From Amphiscolops sp. MND2022 (Eukaryota): DNA of 64,000 nucleotides. The notes below the pieces were generated by a model. That model searched no databases. It saw only the letters and a program-made list of their open reading frames with translations, and was not told the DNA's origin. The stretch lies in assembly GCA_964187785.1 (NCBI GenBank), contig OZ076409.1, positions 20,152,001 through 20,216,000 of the forward strand, written 5' to 3'. Positions within the stretch are counted from its first letter, which is position 1; each line of letters begins with the position of its first letter. Positions 1 to 13,560 of the stretch are shown one piece after another. Both the position numbers and the translations under genes were made by a program.

Positions 1-2594
1 GTTTTCGAGTGTTTTGAAATTTCTTATTCACAAAAGTGTTCAAAATTGTACAGAAAATTCACGAACAACCACAAACTGCAAAGGTTTGGGATTTATTATT
101 TTGGAATGTGTCTTTCAAGAAACTCATGAATGACTTTTCAATGAAATAATTGATGTTTTGGTGTTTAACAGTTATTGTACGTTATGTAATTTCACTTTTG
201 AGTCAACGATTTACGAGAAAGTTAGCATGGTTAGTAAACATTTTACTTGCTTTTGTGGGAATTTGAATACTGAGCTATTTTTGCTGGTATTGTAGATTTG
301 AATCAATTCAACTGAAGTCTTTACAAACACTGATTGTGTTCCACGAAAACTACCCGACGAAGAGTAGTCTTCCCTAACGGCAATGAAATTGAGGCATAAT
401 TCCTTTGATAGCTTGCATTTTTTCAAAATGTTTACTAGAGATTATTTTCAAATCCATTGTTCCGAAGGTATGACTTACGAAATCGTTCAAACTCTCGGAA
501 AAAAGAGCCAATTTTTGACTTTTCAGTGGTTCTAGGGACATTTTGAGGCTTTTTTCGAACAAAAAACTGCAATTGATTTTCAAAAACTCTACTCTACTTT
601 GCTGTTCAATATTTTCATTTTTCTATTATACGAAATTTCCGAAATATCCAAAAAAATCGTTTTTCGGAAAAATTTTGTATTTTAGACCCTATTAGATCAT
701 TCTGAGATAATGGTCTACCTAGGAAACTACAAAGTCCTTCAATAGGCGTACTGCATAGCATGATATATTGTCTGGAGCTTTAGGACCATCTAGTTCACGA
801 AAGGTTTCACAAACTATCACTGAGAAAATGAAACAACTTTTTCGATTCATATTGAGACATTTTCCAAACACAAATCAGCATATACCTCCCACAAAGCCAA
901 CTGGCTGTCAATTGTATAAAAACGGTAAAAATCTGAAATTTTTGGATTGTTTTTTCAATTTCGGTCTCAGTTTGAGGCATTTTTTCTTCAAAAAATTGCA
1001 TTCATTTCTTCGAAAAGGCTCTTGGGTAACAAACTTTTTCCGTTTTGAACGTTTGCAACGTTCTTAGCCGAAAATTTGACAAAAATTGCACAAAAACGTT
1101 AAAAATTGGAAAAGTTTGCAGTTTTATTGTTTTTGGGGTGATTTTTGAGTCATTCTGGGGTCTTTGGGGTCAACCAGAAAAGTCCAAAAATCTCTAATAA
1201 AAATACATAACGCGTGATACTAATTTTACGTCAGTTGAATTCTATGGGTGAAACCCTTTAGCTTAGTTATAAATTTGGTGCTCGTCAAATTTTGTAAAAA
1301 CTCAATCGATTTATATATTTTCTTTTTCCACATGAAATATGGATGGAAAATAACAACTTTCCTTTAACAACAAGCCAAACTCTCCTATGACTATTTGGTT
1401 ACGTTAATTGAGAAAAACCGTGATCTTATCCACCGTTTAGACAACAGGCCAGTTCGGTAAGAGCACAGTAATTTGATAGCAAATACTTCAAAATTTTTTT
1501 ACTGAGCCTACTGTTTTCTACTGTTTTGTTTTTACGGGAGAATTATTTGGGATTTTGTTCACTGACCAATGACGCAATCAAGGTCTTGGAAGTTTCCCAG
1601 CCCAAGAGAAGACAGGTATTTCTCCATGATACATTTGGGCAATCTCACAAACAGTCTGTTGAGATTCTCCCTCACCGCATCTTCGTCAACTGAAACTCGT
1701 CATTCAACTATTCAAATTTTACCAAATGACGTCATTGAAATGAATGTCCAAAATGGACGATTAACGATGAACGATGAACTTCAAGTTTAAAATGAAAGAA
1801 AGTATCATTCGTTAAGGTAGAGTTTAGACCAAGGAGAATGTTTCGGCATTTTCTGCATGATTGAAACTACGCCGTTTGTTGAGTTCAAGGGAAACTTATA
1901 AGATATTGAAAGATAATTTTCTTCGTGTCTTTCTCAATTCCCCGATAATTGGTTTCAAGTAGTTCATCAATGCTAATAAAGACCCATTCAAAAAATACTC
2001 AAAATGGTATATATGAACTTTTCGTGGGGTATTTTGATTCTTGAAATGATCCACAAAATCTTAGGGACAAAATTCTTTTTGGCCCATTTTCGTTTTCATT
2101 TCGTTTTCAAAACGTGTGGGGTAGAAAAAAAGCCGATAATGCTTCATGGTTTATCGTCAAAAATTACCCTCACAAGATATTGGTGCCTTATCAGAAGTAG
2201 CCACGTTGTTTTTCTCGGCACTTCGGACGAACAGTGCAACTGGGTCGACAGTCTCGTGGAGCAGATATTTGCGCAAATTGCGAAACATGAGTTTGTTCTT
2301 GTACACAATGAAGGTGTTGCCTGCAGCCACAACAGATTGCTCGTTCTCGTATCCGACCAGACTCAGGATTTTAAGACGAGGAGCTGCGAAAAGGGAAACA
2401 GTTCCAAACATCGGTTCCAGTATGCGAATCAAGCTGTCATTTTTATTAAGCTTCAAAATTTTTTAATGCTGAAATCTGATTTACAGCCGTGTTGATTCCA
2501 TAATTGTACTATCAAACAACTCGGTAAGGAGGCGAAAAACTCAGAATATGACAAAGATTACAGTACTTTATTCAGTAAGGTTAGCAATTACTTT

Positions 2595-2665
2595 TCAGCT
2601 GAAACTTTCTGCGTTGAATTTCAAGTAGATGAACCACCCTCTTTTGCCATTGTAGTAGAAGAAAA
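2595..2665 (-). CDS. Probable last coding exon of the LRR gene (FFFYYNGKRGWFIYLKFNAESFS*)
   Basis: Acceptor atccttag in matching phase 1; TGA at 2595-2597; AATAAA at 2567-2572 on the minus strand. Confidence 0.65.
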
Positions 2666-2892
2666 CTAAGGATCTAGCCAAAAAAGTTTTAAAAATGATG
2701 GTGACCCATGTGATTTTATCCATTTTTTTGGAAAATTTTGGTGCTGTCTGAATCATGTATCATGTATTTTAGTCGACTTAAGAAGAGGTATCAAAACAAA
2801 CAAAAATGCATCCAGAAGCAGAAATGCAACAGAAAAATTGCAGAATGCAACAGAAAAATGCCCTTTAGTAATCAATTCAATGTTTCACTAAC

Positions 2893-3016
2893 ATTTTCCA
2901 AGTGTGCGCACATATTGCTGGAACACTTCAGTGGTGATTTTGTTGTTGTCGAAAAACCAAGATCGTATCTTGCACCTGACTTTGGAGAAGTTTTGGGCAA
3001 ACTTCAGCAATTGTTC
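2893..3016 (-). CDS. LRR gene exon (EQLLKFAQNFSKVRCKIRSWFFDNNKITTEVFQQYVRTLGK)
   Basis: Follows a 70 nt GT-AG intron (3017-3086); acceptor ctttgtttttag, donor T|gttagt; degenerate LRR. Confidence 0.8.
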
Positions 3017-3086
3017 CTAAAAACAAAGGTAGTCAAGTGGGTAGATATTGGTGAACTATTTCCAAAGTTTCCCTGAAAAGAATTAC

Positions 3087-3273
3087 TGGTTCAAGGTGAT
3101 TGTCAGACAAATCGAGACTCTCTATGCTCGTTTTCATAAGCACTTTGTGAAGTACTTCTGCGGCGATTGGTTGCAACTGGGTTCCAGCCAATGACAAGTG
3201 GCGAAGAGCTTTGTTGGTCTTGTTCATAGTTCCAATCGCCACAGCTACTTCCCGGGTCCCCACCATATTGTAT
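3087..3273 (-). CDS. LRR gene exon (YNMVGTREVAVAIG...LRHLSLAGTQL...IESLDLSDNHLEP)
   Basis: Acceptor ctttttctcag, donor CCA|gtaatt; 187 nt, phase 2 to 0; completes the LNIGYN repeat from the previous exon. Confidence 0.9.
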
Positions 3274-3512
3274 CTGAGAAAAAGACGGCATTTACAACAT
3301 TTTTCTTTTATCCCAATAACGTCAGTGAGTGGCTCATAGATCGTTCTCTTTTGATTAACTGACTTCAGCTGAGTGCTATCTCTCCAACGGGCAGCATTTC
3401 CACAACCAAGTGGTCAAGCAAGGCTGTGATGTCAAAGTAACTTATTCGATGTCAAAGGTGTTACTACTAATGGTTGCTCTTTTTATTCTGCCTTTATCCA
3501 TCAAAGACGTTG

Positions 3513-3896
3513 TTTTTATTTTCCGCCCACATTTAATGGGGGAGGAAAATCATGATCTGTGTTGCGTTTTTTTCCAAATTCTGCCAAATCTCCTCCGAGG
3601 TCCTCATTGGACTTCAGTACTTGACTATTTTATATAAGCTGCTTGACTATTTTAGTTACTTGTAACTAAAATAGTCAAGTAATTAAAGCAGCTTGGAGGG
3701 GAGAATAATATCCAAAAAAATGGGAATAAGATCTAAAATTTCAGGACGGGAATGATATCTAAAGAGAATAATATCTAAAATCATTAAAGTTTAGATCTTA
3801 TACTTTAAATCCTATTCCCCCCCCCCAAATAGCTATGGCTCAGTTGGTGAAGGCGAAGAAGACGGAAAATATCCCGGTGCTTAGCGGGCGTCTTGT
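3513..3896 (+). mobile_element. HINE-like family 2 (second copy at 14633-14835)
   Basis: Both copies start tttccgcc and end (g)cggaaaatatcccggtgcttagcggg..ttgt (subterminal inverted repeat + hairpin). Confidence 0.65.
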
Positions 3897-4128
3897 ATAT
3901 CATAGACATTAAATATTAATGAATGATTTTTTGCTCAGTTCCCATCAACTGTTGTCATGGTTATTACAATACCATGCAACATTGGATCAAGACTTTCATT
4001 GATTTCATGCAATCATCCTTTTATGGGTAACAGTAACAGTTGTCATCGCAAAGTTGTCATTCTGAGACAGTAGTAGAGATTATACCGTTATGGAATGGAT
4101 TTGTTCTGCAAGAAGACATCCTAGAACT

Positions 4129-4813
4129 CCCAGGTTTTCAATCTTTGCTAATCTGTAAAGATCTGCAGAATTTTTACAGATATTTGCAGATATGTGCAGA
4201 TTGGGAAAAAAGAACAACTCAGGAACACCCACTCAGAAAAAACCCCACAGCAATGTCAAATGAGTAATAAAAGTGTTAAGGACTGCAGAGAAGTCTCATT
4301 CATGTCAAAATGATGAAACATTTTTCTGCAGCAATCTGTACAGATCTGTGAAGAAATTTACAGAACTCTGCAGATCTATCGAAAACTTGAATGCTGGATA
4401 CGTTGTTTTGAAAAGCACATTCCTTGTGTTGTAATCGAATTGATGACTGCAGCCCACTGTTTCAAAACTATTTTTATACTGTATAGTTTCGTATCTCCGG
4501 ATTCTGTTTTTAAATACTCCGCTATAGAACAACATATTTTCCTTACTTTTTTTACTTGAGCTGAGAAGTGCTTAGGTACAGGCTATCACAATGAATCCAG
4601 GATGAAAACCTAAAAGCTGCAGAAAAACATATTTCTGCAGAAATCTTTAAAGAAAATCTGCACACTTCTGTAAAGATCTTGCAGATCTGCACACTTCTGT
4701 AAAGATCTTGCAGATCTGTATGGATCTTCAAGATTCAGTGCAACGATCTTTGCAGAGCCCTGCAGAAAAAATTCTGTAGATCTTTACAGATTCGCAAAGA
4801 TAGAAAACCTGGG
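4129..4813. mobile_element. Non-autonomous TIR DNA transposon with CCC...GGG ends (CMC/CACTA-like)
   Basis: ~45 bp imperfect TIRs cccaggttttcaatctttgctaatctgtaaagatct / agatctttacagattcgcaaagatagaaaacctggg; CT on both flanks; internal ctgcag/agatct subrepeats. Confidence 0.8.
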
Positions 4814-4837
4814 CTTGGCAACCAATAAAAAAGTTTT

Positions 4838-5362
4838 AACAAGCCGAGAACGGCCAAAGTCGGCGCCATATCTAAGGCTCAATATTTAAAAGGGGGACCC
4901 TTCGGGCTTGTGAAACTCCAGCTGGTTAAAGGGGACCCTTTGGAGACATGAAAAAATTTCCCAAAAATTTTTTTTCAATGATTTTTGAACAGTGTCACTG
5001 TGCCGAAAAATGTAAAAGGGGGGACCCTGTGCGATTTTTTGACATCCATTGTGTTGCAAAATATCGAAACAAATGAAGGGGGCACTCTGGTGCAATCCAA
5101 AAAACTTCAAAAAAAGTCCCATAGTGCCGAAAAAAAGTGGGGCTAAGGTGGGATCTTTAGTGTGTTTTCGAGGTTGTGGACGTCTGTTTTGTTTTTTCTT
5201 TTCGTTTTGGACGCGCTTCTGAGGTTGGAGCTGTTGAGGTTTGAAGTTGTTGAGGTTTGAGGTTGTTGAACAAATGAACAAAAAAGTGGACTTTTCGTGT
5301 CTAAAAAAACTACCCACTGTAATAGTCGGGCACATTTTCTACTAAAATGCGCCGACTAAAAA
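4838..5362 (-). mobile_element. HINE/DINE-1-like non-autonomous Helentron, family 1
   Basis: Minus strand starts tttttAGTCGGCGC and ends GCGCCGACT + short hairpin + ttgtt; internal gggggaccc subrepeats; no TSD. Confidence 0.7.
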
Positions 5363-6142
5363 TAGCTTCGGTAAAAAAAGTTGAATTGAAGTTTAGACTT
5401 CGCCGGTTAGTGCTCTTTTTGGCGATCCAAAATTGATTGGTATACCTTATGCTTTGTGATCAATTTCTAATCGCTAATCGGCTGAATGATTTATAACATA
5501 GATAAATACCCAGATCCACGCAAATCACTGGAATGATTGGTTCGGCAACTTGATGATTTCCACACTCGAGACTTCAATTATGAAAAAGCTGCCTGACTTA
5601 GACAGACATTAGAATGTGTCGAGAAGCGAATGACAATCTCCGTTACTGTAGGTTTTAACATCCATGAGCCCTGAAAATTTCACGTCAAAGATTGTTAGCG
5701 TCCGTTTACAAGAGCAGGACTTCACTTACGGCTCATACGGTTCAGCAAACAACGTACTTGTTTCTGCATACGTCGAACGCTCTTTATAAAACTGCTACGG
5801 CCTTTAGAATTCATGTTTCGTGGGCAGTCGTTTTCGTCAACTACGCATGTGGTACCTCATTATATCAGAATTTTTCAATATAAGTAGGTGATTTTATTAG
5901 CTTTTGGCAACAGTTCCGATAATTTTGTGGTTTGTCTAAAAATTTCTCGACATGGGACTTGCGCAATGAGCTTTTATCACAAGGACCATGCTTTTAGCCA
6001 TTATTCAATGTCGCATTTTTAGTATATGATAACACAACGCACAAGAGAATGACGTTTAACTCGAAATGAACATCTTTGAAATTGATTTTTTTTCGTACAA
6101 TATTTTTTAACGAAAGAATACTCTGGGAATTGGATGATTCAC

Positions 6143-6357
6143 CCGATGTTTAGAGACACGAGACAGGAGTTGTGTTTGAGGGAGTTGAACAGTTTGACAA
6201 CAGCTGCACTTTTGGCGATTGTGTTGTGAGACAAGTCCAGCACAACTAGAGAGCTGTTTTTGGCAAGAGAGGGGGCCACTTTGAGCAGAGCTCTGTCTGA
6301 CACCCTGTTGCGGGCAAAGTTCACCTGCCTGATTGTGGTCCCAGTCACGGAGAACAC
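6143..6357 (-). CDS. LRR gene exon (VFSVTGTTIRQVNFARNRVSD...LVVLDLSHNTI...LVSLNIG)
   Basis: Acceptor gttgttccag, donor GG|gtgaat; 215 nt, phase 0 to 2; LRR motifs. Confidence 0.9.
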
Positions 6358-7490
6358 CTGGAACAACAAGCACTTGAACTCAATGATGAGGTATTACACA
6401 CACGGTTTATTCCTTTAATTAAGTAATACTATCATTTTCGAACAAACTGTTTTCATTTTTGTTCATTGTTTTATTACAATTATTTCAAACGTAAATCAGT
6501 TTTTTAGAACGATTGTGTTTCAAAATTTTCACAAAGCATTTTTGTCCTGAATGATGACGACTTCAATTTCAAAATAGGAGAAAATCTTCTCTACATTCCG
6601 TCCCCCCAGGTCAACTTTTGGCCACCTCTAAGGTAATGGAAGCTACGTTTGTGAAGCGATGGAACTCACTGCCCAAGGATCTTGAGAAATCTGCACCGAA
6701 ACTTGAAAAACTGGTTCAAATCAATCCTAAGCGGAGTCTATTTGCACAGAAATGAAGATTAATCAAAAGAGTAAATATCTAGTTGAACCCAAAACTCATC
6801 TTGAAACAATCATATTTGACTACGTGAAAAAAGAACGGAATTCGTTTCCAAACCAAGTATGACTACCCGAGAAATTGTCAGTTAACTCTACTCTTACAAT
6901 ACTCTATCAAGCATATGCGCAATCTGTCGGCTCTTATAGTATAGCCTCAATAAACTTGGCTCCACGTTCAAAAGCACCTCAGATCGTATTGAGAAAGCTT
7001 AGCGATGAACTTTACGAATATTTTTCACGGAGAAGGTGGGAAACGTTTCATATGGCAACATCAGTCAGGAAAGAGTTTTTTCGTTTCCTTCAACTCGTTT
7101 ACAAACTGATTCTCAGATGCAAAAACTAGACGACTTGATCAGAATGTCGTTCACCTTTTCTGATTGGATATATCATGTCTTTCATTTGATTTATAGATTT
7201 TTCAACTAAGGAACTGTTCTGTCGAGTTCCCTAAAATTGAGAAAAGTTCCCAATACTTTTCATAAGGTTCGTCAAAGTAGTTTACATGGTGCTACACACA
7301 CAATCCACTTAAATACTTGCTAGGATAACTTAAGGATTCCAAGTCCTGGTCAAGATAACTCAAGTATTCCAGGGACTTGCAAGGGTAAGTCTAGTTCTCG
7401 TAAAGTTCTTATAAATTCTGGTCTACTCCTTGGCAGATTGTATAGAAGTTGGTACCCGGCCATTTTGAATTTTTACCAAGTATCAAATGC

Positions 7491-10400
7491 TATGGTATCA
7501 GGTAACATTTTATCGCTGCTTTGGCTTGGAAAACTGTTTTTGGCCTCAATTCAGTCACTGTCGAAACTATGTTTTGGCTTGAAAGGACAAGAAATATCGC
7601 ACAAAATAGGTCTTTCAAGGGTTGAGAACCATAATCACTGTACTCCCGAGGACTCGTAAGGACTAGTAAAGTCACCAACTGGGCCTCATAAGTGCCCCCT
7701 CCTTCGGGTACTTATTGGCACTGAGAAAGTGATTAAAACTGTGTCATTTGCATATCCAAGAAACTTGACCAAAGCGCCGTTTCGGGCCGGTGCCGTGTTG
7801 TTGTCAATAGCCGTATCTTTCGTCAATTCTGTTATAAAATATGGAATTCCATCTGTTAAAGTTACTGTGTTGTGATAGACTGATAAAATAGAAGTTTTTA
7901 AGAGTTCTTTAAAGTTAACATTTGTGTAGAATCAACATGTATCATCAACTGTGACTGATATCTAACTGACCTCAAAAATAGCATCAACATGAAATGAGTA
8001 TTTTAAAGGTCAATGTTCTTGGCAGGTATATAGATGTCATTGCCGTCTAGCCATCTAAACTACGCTGGCTATACCACATCCCCACCTTCGTGGATCAAGG
8101 GAACCAGTCTTGCTGTCTTCCGGGCGTTTTGAGTGAAAGGGATCCAGCTTTAGTGGCGAAGTTGTTGCGGGTAAAGCGGATAACTCGTCCCAGTGTCTTG
8201 GCTTCGTTTCATAAACGCAACTACGCTATAACTGGAAATACTCCTTTCCACCTAATGTTTCCACCCATTTCGTTGTTTTCAGTCTATCAGATCTCCGGAT
8301 ATTGTTTTCCCTTTCAAATCTCACGGTGTTTTTCTTTCCTTTCTTCCCGACCCCCAAATACACCCTACCTTTTTTTCACCGTAGCGCGGTCGCTCGATGG
8401 TCCTGCTGGCGTTGCCGTTACATCGCGCGTACTTTTTCAGGTAGTACGTTCGGTGACATCGGCATCGGTGTTCGCTCACTAAACGGTTGATTTGCAGCCG
8501 TCGTTCTTCCTTCGTCGTTGTATGTTGTTTCCGCAACCAGCGGGAAAGCGTCACGTCCCGTGGTGTCAGATGCAACCGATGCAGTTTCTTCTGTGATGGG
8601 GTGTTTTTCAGTCTCCGTGAGTCGATCGTCCGTGATTACGGTGCTTTCTACCAAATCCTCGGGCTCCCTTAACGACATTGTCGTGACAGTGGTACTCGGG
8701 CCAGCTTCAGCGCAATTTTCTGCCATTAGTCTTCTGTGTGTGTAGCAGAAGTCTTCATTGCTAAATCACCCGCAACTTCGACATCTGTTGGTTGGCCTTC
8801 TGGTCTTCACCTGACTTTTTCAGGGCTGAAATTTTATGAGATTAGGTGCTAATTTTTTATGTATTACCCTTTCCGACGCTGTAGTTATAGTGTGAACAGT
8901 TTCCTTTACAGCAGTTAACACCTTGTCTGTTTTGAATCTACAATTCATGGCAATGAGTTTAGTCTCCTTTTCGTAAAATTTTCATTTTTTAAAATCTTGG
9001 TTTACCAATTGGGCTCTCTTTCTCGTGTCGTTGAGTACCAGATAGTCCACTAGTTCTCCATCACAATAGTTTGTGGTGAATACTTCCAATTCTGTGGTTG
9101 TGTGCTGAATTATATTTTGTCAGGGTTTTCTCCCAATTGGTTAGGAGACATGACGGTTGGTTAATCAGGTTAGTGATAGTCGTACGCAGTTTACGTCGTA
9201 ATAGCATTTGGAAAGGAGCTATACTTAGCGTGTTGTGCGGCGTTTGTCTAATTGTTTTGATTGCCAACTGGAAGCTTTCTTCAATCGTCAAGCGGTCTTC
9301 TAAATTAGCTCTTGTTAATGACTTAAGTGTCTGCATCGTTCTTTCCACCAATCCGGTGCCGGTATGTAATTTTGGCCTACACCGGATTCTCTTTATTTTT
9401 TCACCGTCACAAAATTCCTTGAATTCCTTACTTTTAAAAATTGCTACCGTTATCGGTACGATATTTCCGTGGTGTTCCGTTGTCTGAAAAGTATCTGAAT
9501 AAACATTCTAGGACAGTCCGAATTCTCGTAACTTTATAAAAGTGTGCAAATGGCCACTTGCTAAATCGGTCAATTGCTAAAAGGAAACATCTTCTCGTGT
9601 TTTGGATTTGATTGGGCCAGCGAAAGCCAATTGAATTTCTTGATTCGGTTCTATTAAACGTTCTAGTTATTATCTTCCGTATGCGGTCTTTGCATTTTAG
9701 GGTTCTTACCTGCGGCTCCACCACTGGAACAATTTTTTTGTCTTTCCTGTAACTCTCGGTGCATTCGTCGCCACCAGAGCGCCTCTGCTGCTTTGTCCAT
9801 TTTCGTAACTGCTACGTAGCTTGATGTAGCATTGCGATTATGGATGTCCCCACTACCTATGGGATGACGATCTTGTAAAAGTTGAACAGTAGTCCAAATC
9901 AGGTGGTGAGATGTTCTGTGTGGCCGGTAGGGATACAAGATGTCCTCTATCCGATCAGTTCCTATTGCTGCGACGGCGTTGAGGATTTTTACATCTCTGA
10001 CTGTATCATCTACAAGGAGACATCTTGTCTCATCTTCTCAGCTTTCTTAATTGCTTCTGCCGTCTTCTCATTGTTGATTCCGCCATGCAAGTTTAACTTG
10101 GCGGTTTTTTTCAGCCTAACAAAGTTGATGCCCTCATGTCGGTGGAACTTTCACAAAACGTCTGTTGGGCATTTGTCCTGTTTCACGTAGCTGGCTTGGC
10201 TATCTCCGTCGGTTACATTGTTCTTCGAAGATTTATTGCTGTTCTGTCGATTTCTGAGGCCCCAATTTTCGATGTCAGTTCCGTTACCTTTATCCTTTTT
10301 TGATTTTCACTGTAAGTTGTTTGCTTTTATCGAATTACCGATGTTTGATGGAGTGGTTGTTTCAAGCGAATGAATTAATTTTGGTTTGGTTCATGCATAT

Positions 10401-13400
10401 GTGTGCCATGCTGTGGTTGGTCTATTTTCCGTGACGACGCCGATTATTCGATATAATTGTCCGCGTAATCCTTAAGTTCGTGCGATTGAATTCGAACTGA
10501 CCGTATACTTGGAAAATTACGAATTTATCTTCGGCTTCTATTTCATCTTGTTTGGCGTTTTTGTTCTACTTCGTGTTTCTCACGGTAATCGATTACATGT
10601 CGGCATGTCGGTTTAGATAGCGGGTCAATGTGATGTTCTTTCCAGCTGTGTACGGTTCATTTACCTCAAAATGGTTTAACCGGTCGAACCAACGCGTTAT
10701 TGTCGCGCTGTACTGTTTATGCGCCCTATTGCGTTTGAGTAAAGGTTGAAGGGCTTGAATATTGGTTAATAAATTTACTTTTTTCCCGTAAACGTAATAT
10801 CTAAAATGCTCAAGGCCCCATAGTGCTCCCAGTAGTTCTAAATCATTTATAGCGTACTTCGTTTCACAATATGTCAGGAATCTGCTGAAAGGTTTGAGCT
10901 GAATGTCTCGTCTTCTTTTGGCCACAATGTTGTGCCCAGGCCGGTATTGCAAGCTTCTGTTGTTATGTAATTTTCCTTCTTCGGATCAAAATGTGTCAAA
11001 CACGGTGCTTTAGCAATTTTCTTCAGTGATTCGTAATCTTCGTTTATTTTCGCCGTCCACTCCAGTTTCATCCGTTTCTTTTGTAATCTTCTCATTCTAT
11101 CGGGCTTCTAGGAGAGATTAATTATGAACAATCATAGATGTTGAAAAGATCCCATTTTTTTAAAACTTAAGACAGACTCGAAGCGACGAACGTTAACGTT
11201 CAACTAAAGGAAACTAAATACCAGGGAAACAAATGTAAATTGTTCCAAAGGATCTCCCTTTGGTTTTTTACTTTTTAAACGTTACCTACAAGCCCGGACG
11301 GGACTGAAGGGTTCCCCCTTTCAATTTTTTTTCGGCACTTTGCGACTTTTTTTCGAATTTTTTCTGATGTCCCAAAATGGTCCCCCTTTTGAGTTTTTGG
11401 TTATTTTGCTACAGAATGCGTGTTTATAAATCAAAAAGGGTCCCACTTTTACATTTTTCGGCACTACGCGACATTTTCCGAAAGAAAGTTTTTTTTCGAA
11501 AATTTCAAGTTTTTTTCTAAAAAAATGTTTTGCGCTTTTTGAGCCTTAGATATAGCGCCGACTTGAAACGTTCCCGTCTTGTTTTCACTTGCTCTGTACC
11601 GGGCGTCTTGTAATTTGGATAAAATTTCACACAGCTCCCGTTAATGGTCTTCAACAGTTCCATTAGTTACACAAATGATGTCATTCAGACAGAGCGGTGT
11701 TTTGAATTCCCAATTTTTGTCGATGTGTTCCCGGAATACGGTGGGGATATCCGACAGTCCGTAGAAGCCTTTTTCAAACCGGTAGTGTCCGGTGTCTCCT
11801 CCTCCAATTATTGAAAACACGCAATGCTTTGATGCTTCTTTTGGCAACATTGCCGGCCCATACGCAGATTCTAAGTCGATTTTTGAAATCCATGTTTTAC
11901 CTTCGTCCTTCGTTATTTTTGCCTAACGTTTGCTGAATAAATCCTTTATATTTGGCATTGTTGCTTTCCTTCTGATAAAAACCTCATTCAACCTTCGTTA
12001 ATCTAGCGCTATTTTAACTGATTTATCTTTCTTTCTGGTTATTACAGCGGGAGATACAAGCAGTTTTCGAATGCCTTGTCCGCCCATTCCAATTGTCCTT
12101 TCTCGAATATTTTTCTCCAACTCTTGCCGTACAATATTTAGGACTGGATAAGGACTGGTCTCCTTTCTGTTGTATTGGTTTCGTGTCTTATTTCAAATGG
12201 ACAGCAATCGTCAGGTCTTTTATCGTGTCGTTCTTCTTGAATAGGTTTTCATATTCTGTGAAAGTTTTTCTATTCTTTCATTAGTGTTCACATTCCGAAA
12301 AATGTTTGTGCTTTTGTTTCCTTGTAATCCGATTTCCAGTTTGTCTAGTTAGTTCAATCAGTGTAGTGGTTGTGTATTTTTGCTTTCTGTAATGAGTACC
12401 GGCAGTGCCTCCTTGTTTTTTTCGGTTTTGACTTCCACCATGGATCGCCTTCAAACGTTATTGGATTTTTGTTTACGTCCACGAAGCACTTCGCCATCTC
12501 TTTGAATTCTTTCGGATTAATTATCCGCGAAATAATGACTGGAGAGCCTGTATCAATAATGAATGCTATTGGCTGTCCCTCGACCAATGAGATCGCTTTA
12601 TAAAAGTCTACTCGGTTCACGCCGTTGACTGATTGTATGTGATCGATTTCTGGCCATGACTCCGTATTACTGCCCGCTTCGTCTTTTTCCCGTATTTAAT
12701 ATAATGTCTTGGATTGGCAACGTTTGGCAAAGTGTCCCGTTCTCTTGCAAATGTTACATTGTGCTTTCCATTTCGGACATGTATGTTCCGGTGTCCATTT
12801 TGATATGCCGCAAAAGTGACAATTTCGATACGATTGTTTCCTCTTTTCCGTGTCGTTGATCCTCTATTTCCGTATCGACTTGGTGAATTTGATTTGTTCT
12901 CCGTCTGATTAGCTGTCAGATGAGCTGCCTGATGACAAGCTTCTCTGTATCTTGTGTTTCGACTTTTTGTTTCCATATTTACGGTATTAATTGTCTAGTT
13001 CAATGGTTTGAAGTACCAATTGTAATTTTAGTTGTCGTTGATGAACTTTTCCCGTGCTTTTTTATTGTTTATGTTTGCTGCAAATTTGCAGGTGTTTATT
13101 TCTTCCGGCCTAATTTTGTTTAATATCCACAAGTCTTTTCCAATATTCATCTAATGTTTCGTTTTCTTCTTGTGCCCAGATACTGAAGAACTGGGCTCTA
13201 CTGTGGAATACATTTTTTGTGGATAGGAACGTCTTTTTGAATAGTTTTAGAAGTTCATGTAGATTGATTTTTTTAAAATCTTTGCCCCATTGGCCTCTCA
13301 TCATTTCATTTTTCGCTTTCGAGCCCAGTGCCCAAACTTAAATACACTTGATATGATGTGTTGTGGGTGCGTCCAAAGTATCTGCTGCAAACAGATCCAT

Positions 13401-13560
13401 CATTTCATCTAGGTTTTTCTGATGTGGTTTTCTCCCACTTCCTCGGGTTTATTTTTGTCAATTCCGTGTCTCTGTCCAAGGAGATCGGTATTTTGTATTT
13501 GTTTTTCTCCATTCTCTCGATAACTGTAGTTTGATTTGGAGCCGTCTGATCGGATACATC
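7491..13560 (-). mobile_element. Decayed, 5'-truncated Ty3/Gypsy element in the intron 6358-14047
   Basis: Fragments in order: gag (Q..NETLDEYWKRL; CCHC near 12720-12760), PR (IIDTGSP), RT (FYGLSDIPTVF), RH (YAINDLELLGALWGLEHF), IN (IDRFSKWP, RTDNG, VERTMQTLK). PPT aaggtgggga precedes TGT at 8078. The left LTR boundary (~7491) and the right end are approximate. Confidence 0.88.
11156..11583 (+). mobile_element. HINE family 1 copy (5'-truncated) inserted in the decayed Gypsy pol
   Basis: Ends gagccttagatatagcgccgacttgaaacgttcccgtcttgtt; interrupts the RT/RH region. Confidence 0.7.

Noticed and set aside
3073..3086. 14 nt GT-AG micro-intron
   Set aside because: It leads to an early stop; the 70 nt intron ending at 3017 gives an open LRR-like frame.
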